DNA of 64,000 nt, taken from NCBI RefSeq assembly GCF_038025025.1, contig NW_027117338.1, forward strand, positions 1,426,001-1,490,000, read 5' to 3'. The position numbers were made by a program, and so were the translations under genes. Positions 62,179 through 64,000 of this stretch are shown piece after piece. The notes under the pieces are model-generated. The model was not told the origin of the DNA. It was given only the letters and a program-made list of their open reading frames with translations, and did not search any database. Each line of letters begins with the position of its first letter. Position 1 is the stretch's first letter. The stretch is from Phyllosticta citribraziliensis (lineage: Eukaryota).

Positions 62179-64000
62179 ATGGGAGACGAACATCCAAGAT
62201 CGGAACCACCGCCGCCCGCGGAGACTTTGTCTGAAGAGCCAACGTCCGAAGCGTCGACGTCCCAAGACTCGACGTCCCAAAAGTCATGGACCGAAGAATC
62301 AACGTCTGAAAGATCATTGTCCGAAGAGGAAGAGGACTTGCCAAATGTGCCTGCACTCAGCGATGATGAAATCAAAGCCAATGTCGCGGAAGAGTCGCAC
62401 CGCGTCGGATGGCCTCGACTGATTCCACTGCCCTGCTGCTTCTTCGATAAATCAGGTGAACAGAACTTTTGGAACTCGTGTAAGGTGCCAACGGTTGAGG
62501 GCGTCCTCCTATCAGTCTCAATCAGCAACTTCGACGTGGAAGCTGGTGGGTACACCATCTGTAATGGAAGACAGAACCAAGCTTCCGTCATGACCCTCCT
62601 TGTGCGCGTGCACGGCTGCGCAAAGGATGACGGCGGATCTTGGAGCGAAGCAGTCGTACAAATTGCTCGCCTGTTGCCGACCATGGCCTTGGGGGATGAA
62701 GCGGTGACGGCTGTCGAGATATGCGAAGCGGGATGGCCGCTGCTGGCACCCATTGAGCACAAAGACCATGTGCTTGACATGTGGGAGAGCGTGCTAGCCC
62801 CCGCTGTCCTGAAAATCTTGGATCAGCCGCCGAGCATACTGTGGTGGAACATCAGTCTGGCGCGCTTCGCCTCTTTCGCTTCTGTAACTCCCGGGCCGGT
62901 GACACTGATCATCACAGCCTTTGATGCGGCAGATGAGCAGTGGGAACTGAAGTTTTTGCCGCAGATAAAGGCGACAATGAAGGAGATGTGCTGCGGTGTT
63001 AAAGATGTCTCGCTGTGGCAGGTACAGAGATTGCACAATCCTCAACTTGATATCACGCAGAACCTGTTTCCAGACTCCTGGAGAACGGAACAGTGGATGC
63101 TCATCGGTGATGGGATTGCTGCCAAGGGAGAGAAGAATCTGAAGGGGACAGTTGGCGGAGTGGTGAAACTGCAAGCGGCCAGCGGCGAAAAGACTGATTA
63201 TATTCTCACGAGCCTTTGTGCTGTCGGTGACAGGAGATTATTTTCAGGTTAAGGAAACATAAGCTTAGGGGAAGCTTCAGACCACTAACCCGGTTAACAG
63301 CACTTCTGCCCAAAGCCCGCTCCAAACGACCGCAGTCGCACTGTTTTGCTGAACAGCCGTCGCCATTTGCTGTCAAGGTCCCGGCCGATGCGGACACGAC
63401 TGTTGCGCTGAAAGACAATCGCGCCGAATTCCTTCAGCAAAACCTGGAAATCGTCAAGAAGAATTCTGAAAGGCTTTTTGCCAGTCACGCCGACCCAGAG
63501 GAGCGCGCCATGACTGTATTAAAGACGCTCCAAGAACAGAAAGTACGCTGCCAGCAAACAAAAGCCAGAGTCGAGGAATACCGGAAACTGCCCGCCGGCA
63601 CCGTCAAAGCCACGTCCGGCTTTCATGTCCATTCAGACGAGGCGGGCAAGTTGTTTCAGCTTCAGTGGGCGCTGGTCAACATCGACCCCGCGCGCAAGTA
63701 TCTCCCTTTCGTCTTCAACAGAGATAGACCCCGCCAAAACGTTCATCTCGAAGGCCCGTTCGGTCTGCCGCCCTGGGCCACGTCCAACGTCCATCGCTTC
63801 AGGGCGCCCAGCCGCGACATTGACGCGGTCGTCAAGCTCGGTCGAGTGACAGGGTGGTCCACGGGACGACTCAACCATGCACCCGTGTTCTGCAGAAACG
63901 ACCCCAGGCTCGACAAAGTCGACAACTCAGTCTATTGCTGCTACGAGGTTCTCCCGCTTTTTGGTGCCAGTGGCTGGCTTGGCAAGTTTGCTGACTGCGG
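62179..64000 (+). CDS. Hypothetical protein with a C-terminal trypsin-like (Ssy5/S64-like) domain, 3' end outside the window
   Basis: GCCATGG start. Intron 63248-63300 (GTTAAG..CTAAC..CAG) opens a stop-free frame to the window end. Motifs GTVGGVV, WALV, VVKLGRVTGWSTGRLN, KFADCG. 5-aa STSxx repeats at ~62236-62325. Confidence 0.7.

Overview
Gene-dense, GC-rich genomic DNA from a filamentous ascomycete (Pezizomycotina). Introns are short (mostly 46-81 nt, GT-AG) with CTRAC branch points. I reconstructed about 20 genes by hand: the 3' end of BLM10, a YicI-like GH31 alpha-xylosidase, a conserved uncharacterised membrane glycoprotein, VPS13, EMI1, cytosolic Hsp70, a hemerythrin/HHE protein, a beta-carbonic anhydrase, a DUF1295 protein, MnSOD, a SidL-like siderophore acyltransferase, a GH53 galactanase, flavohemoglobin, a four-finger C2H2 transcription factor, epsin, and several orphan-like genes. 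The most notable unexplained signal is a dispersed 33-bp unit (consensus about RRCTGCAGCRGTGAAYGAMTGCTCCCTARGCGC). It occurs as 1-4-copy tandem arrays at 7 or more intergenic sites, in both orientations, mostly beside accessory or orphan genes. Other points: a hidden alternative first exon that would give the carbonic anhydrase a mitochondrial presequence, an in-frame GC-AG intron in hsp70, an orphan with ADP-ribosyltransferase-like R-S-E motifs, a probable trypsin-fold pseudo-protease, and an ATG-depleted ~1.2-kb leader on the C2H2 gene. No rRNA, tRNA, CRISPR array or intact transposon was seen. All family assignments come from motif recognition, not database searches.
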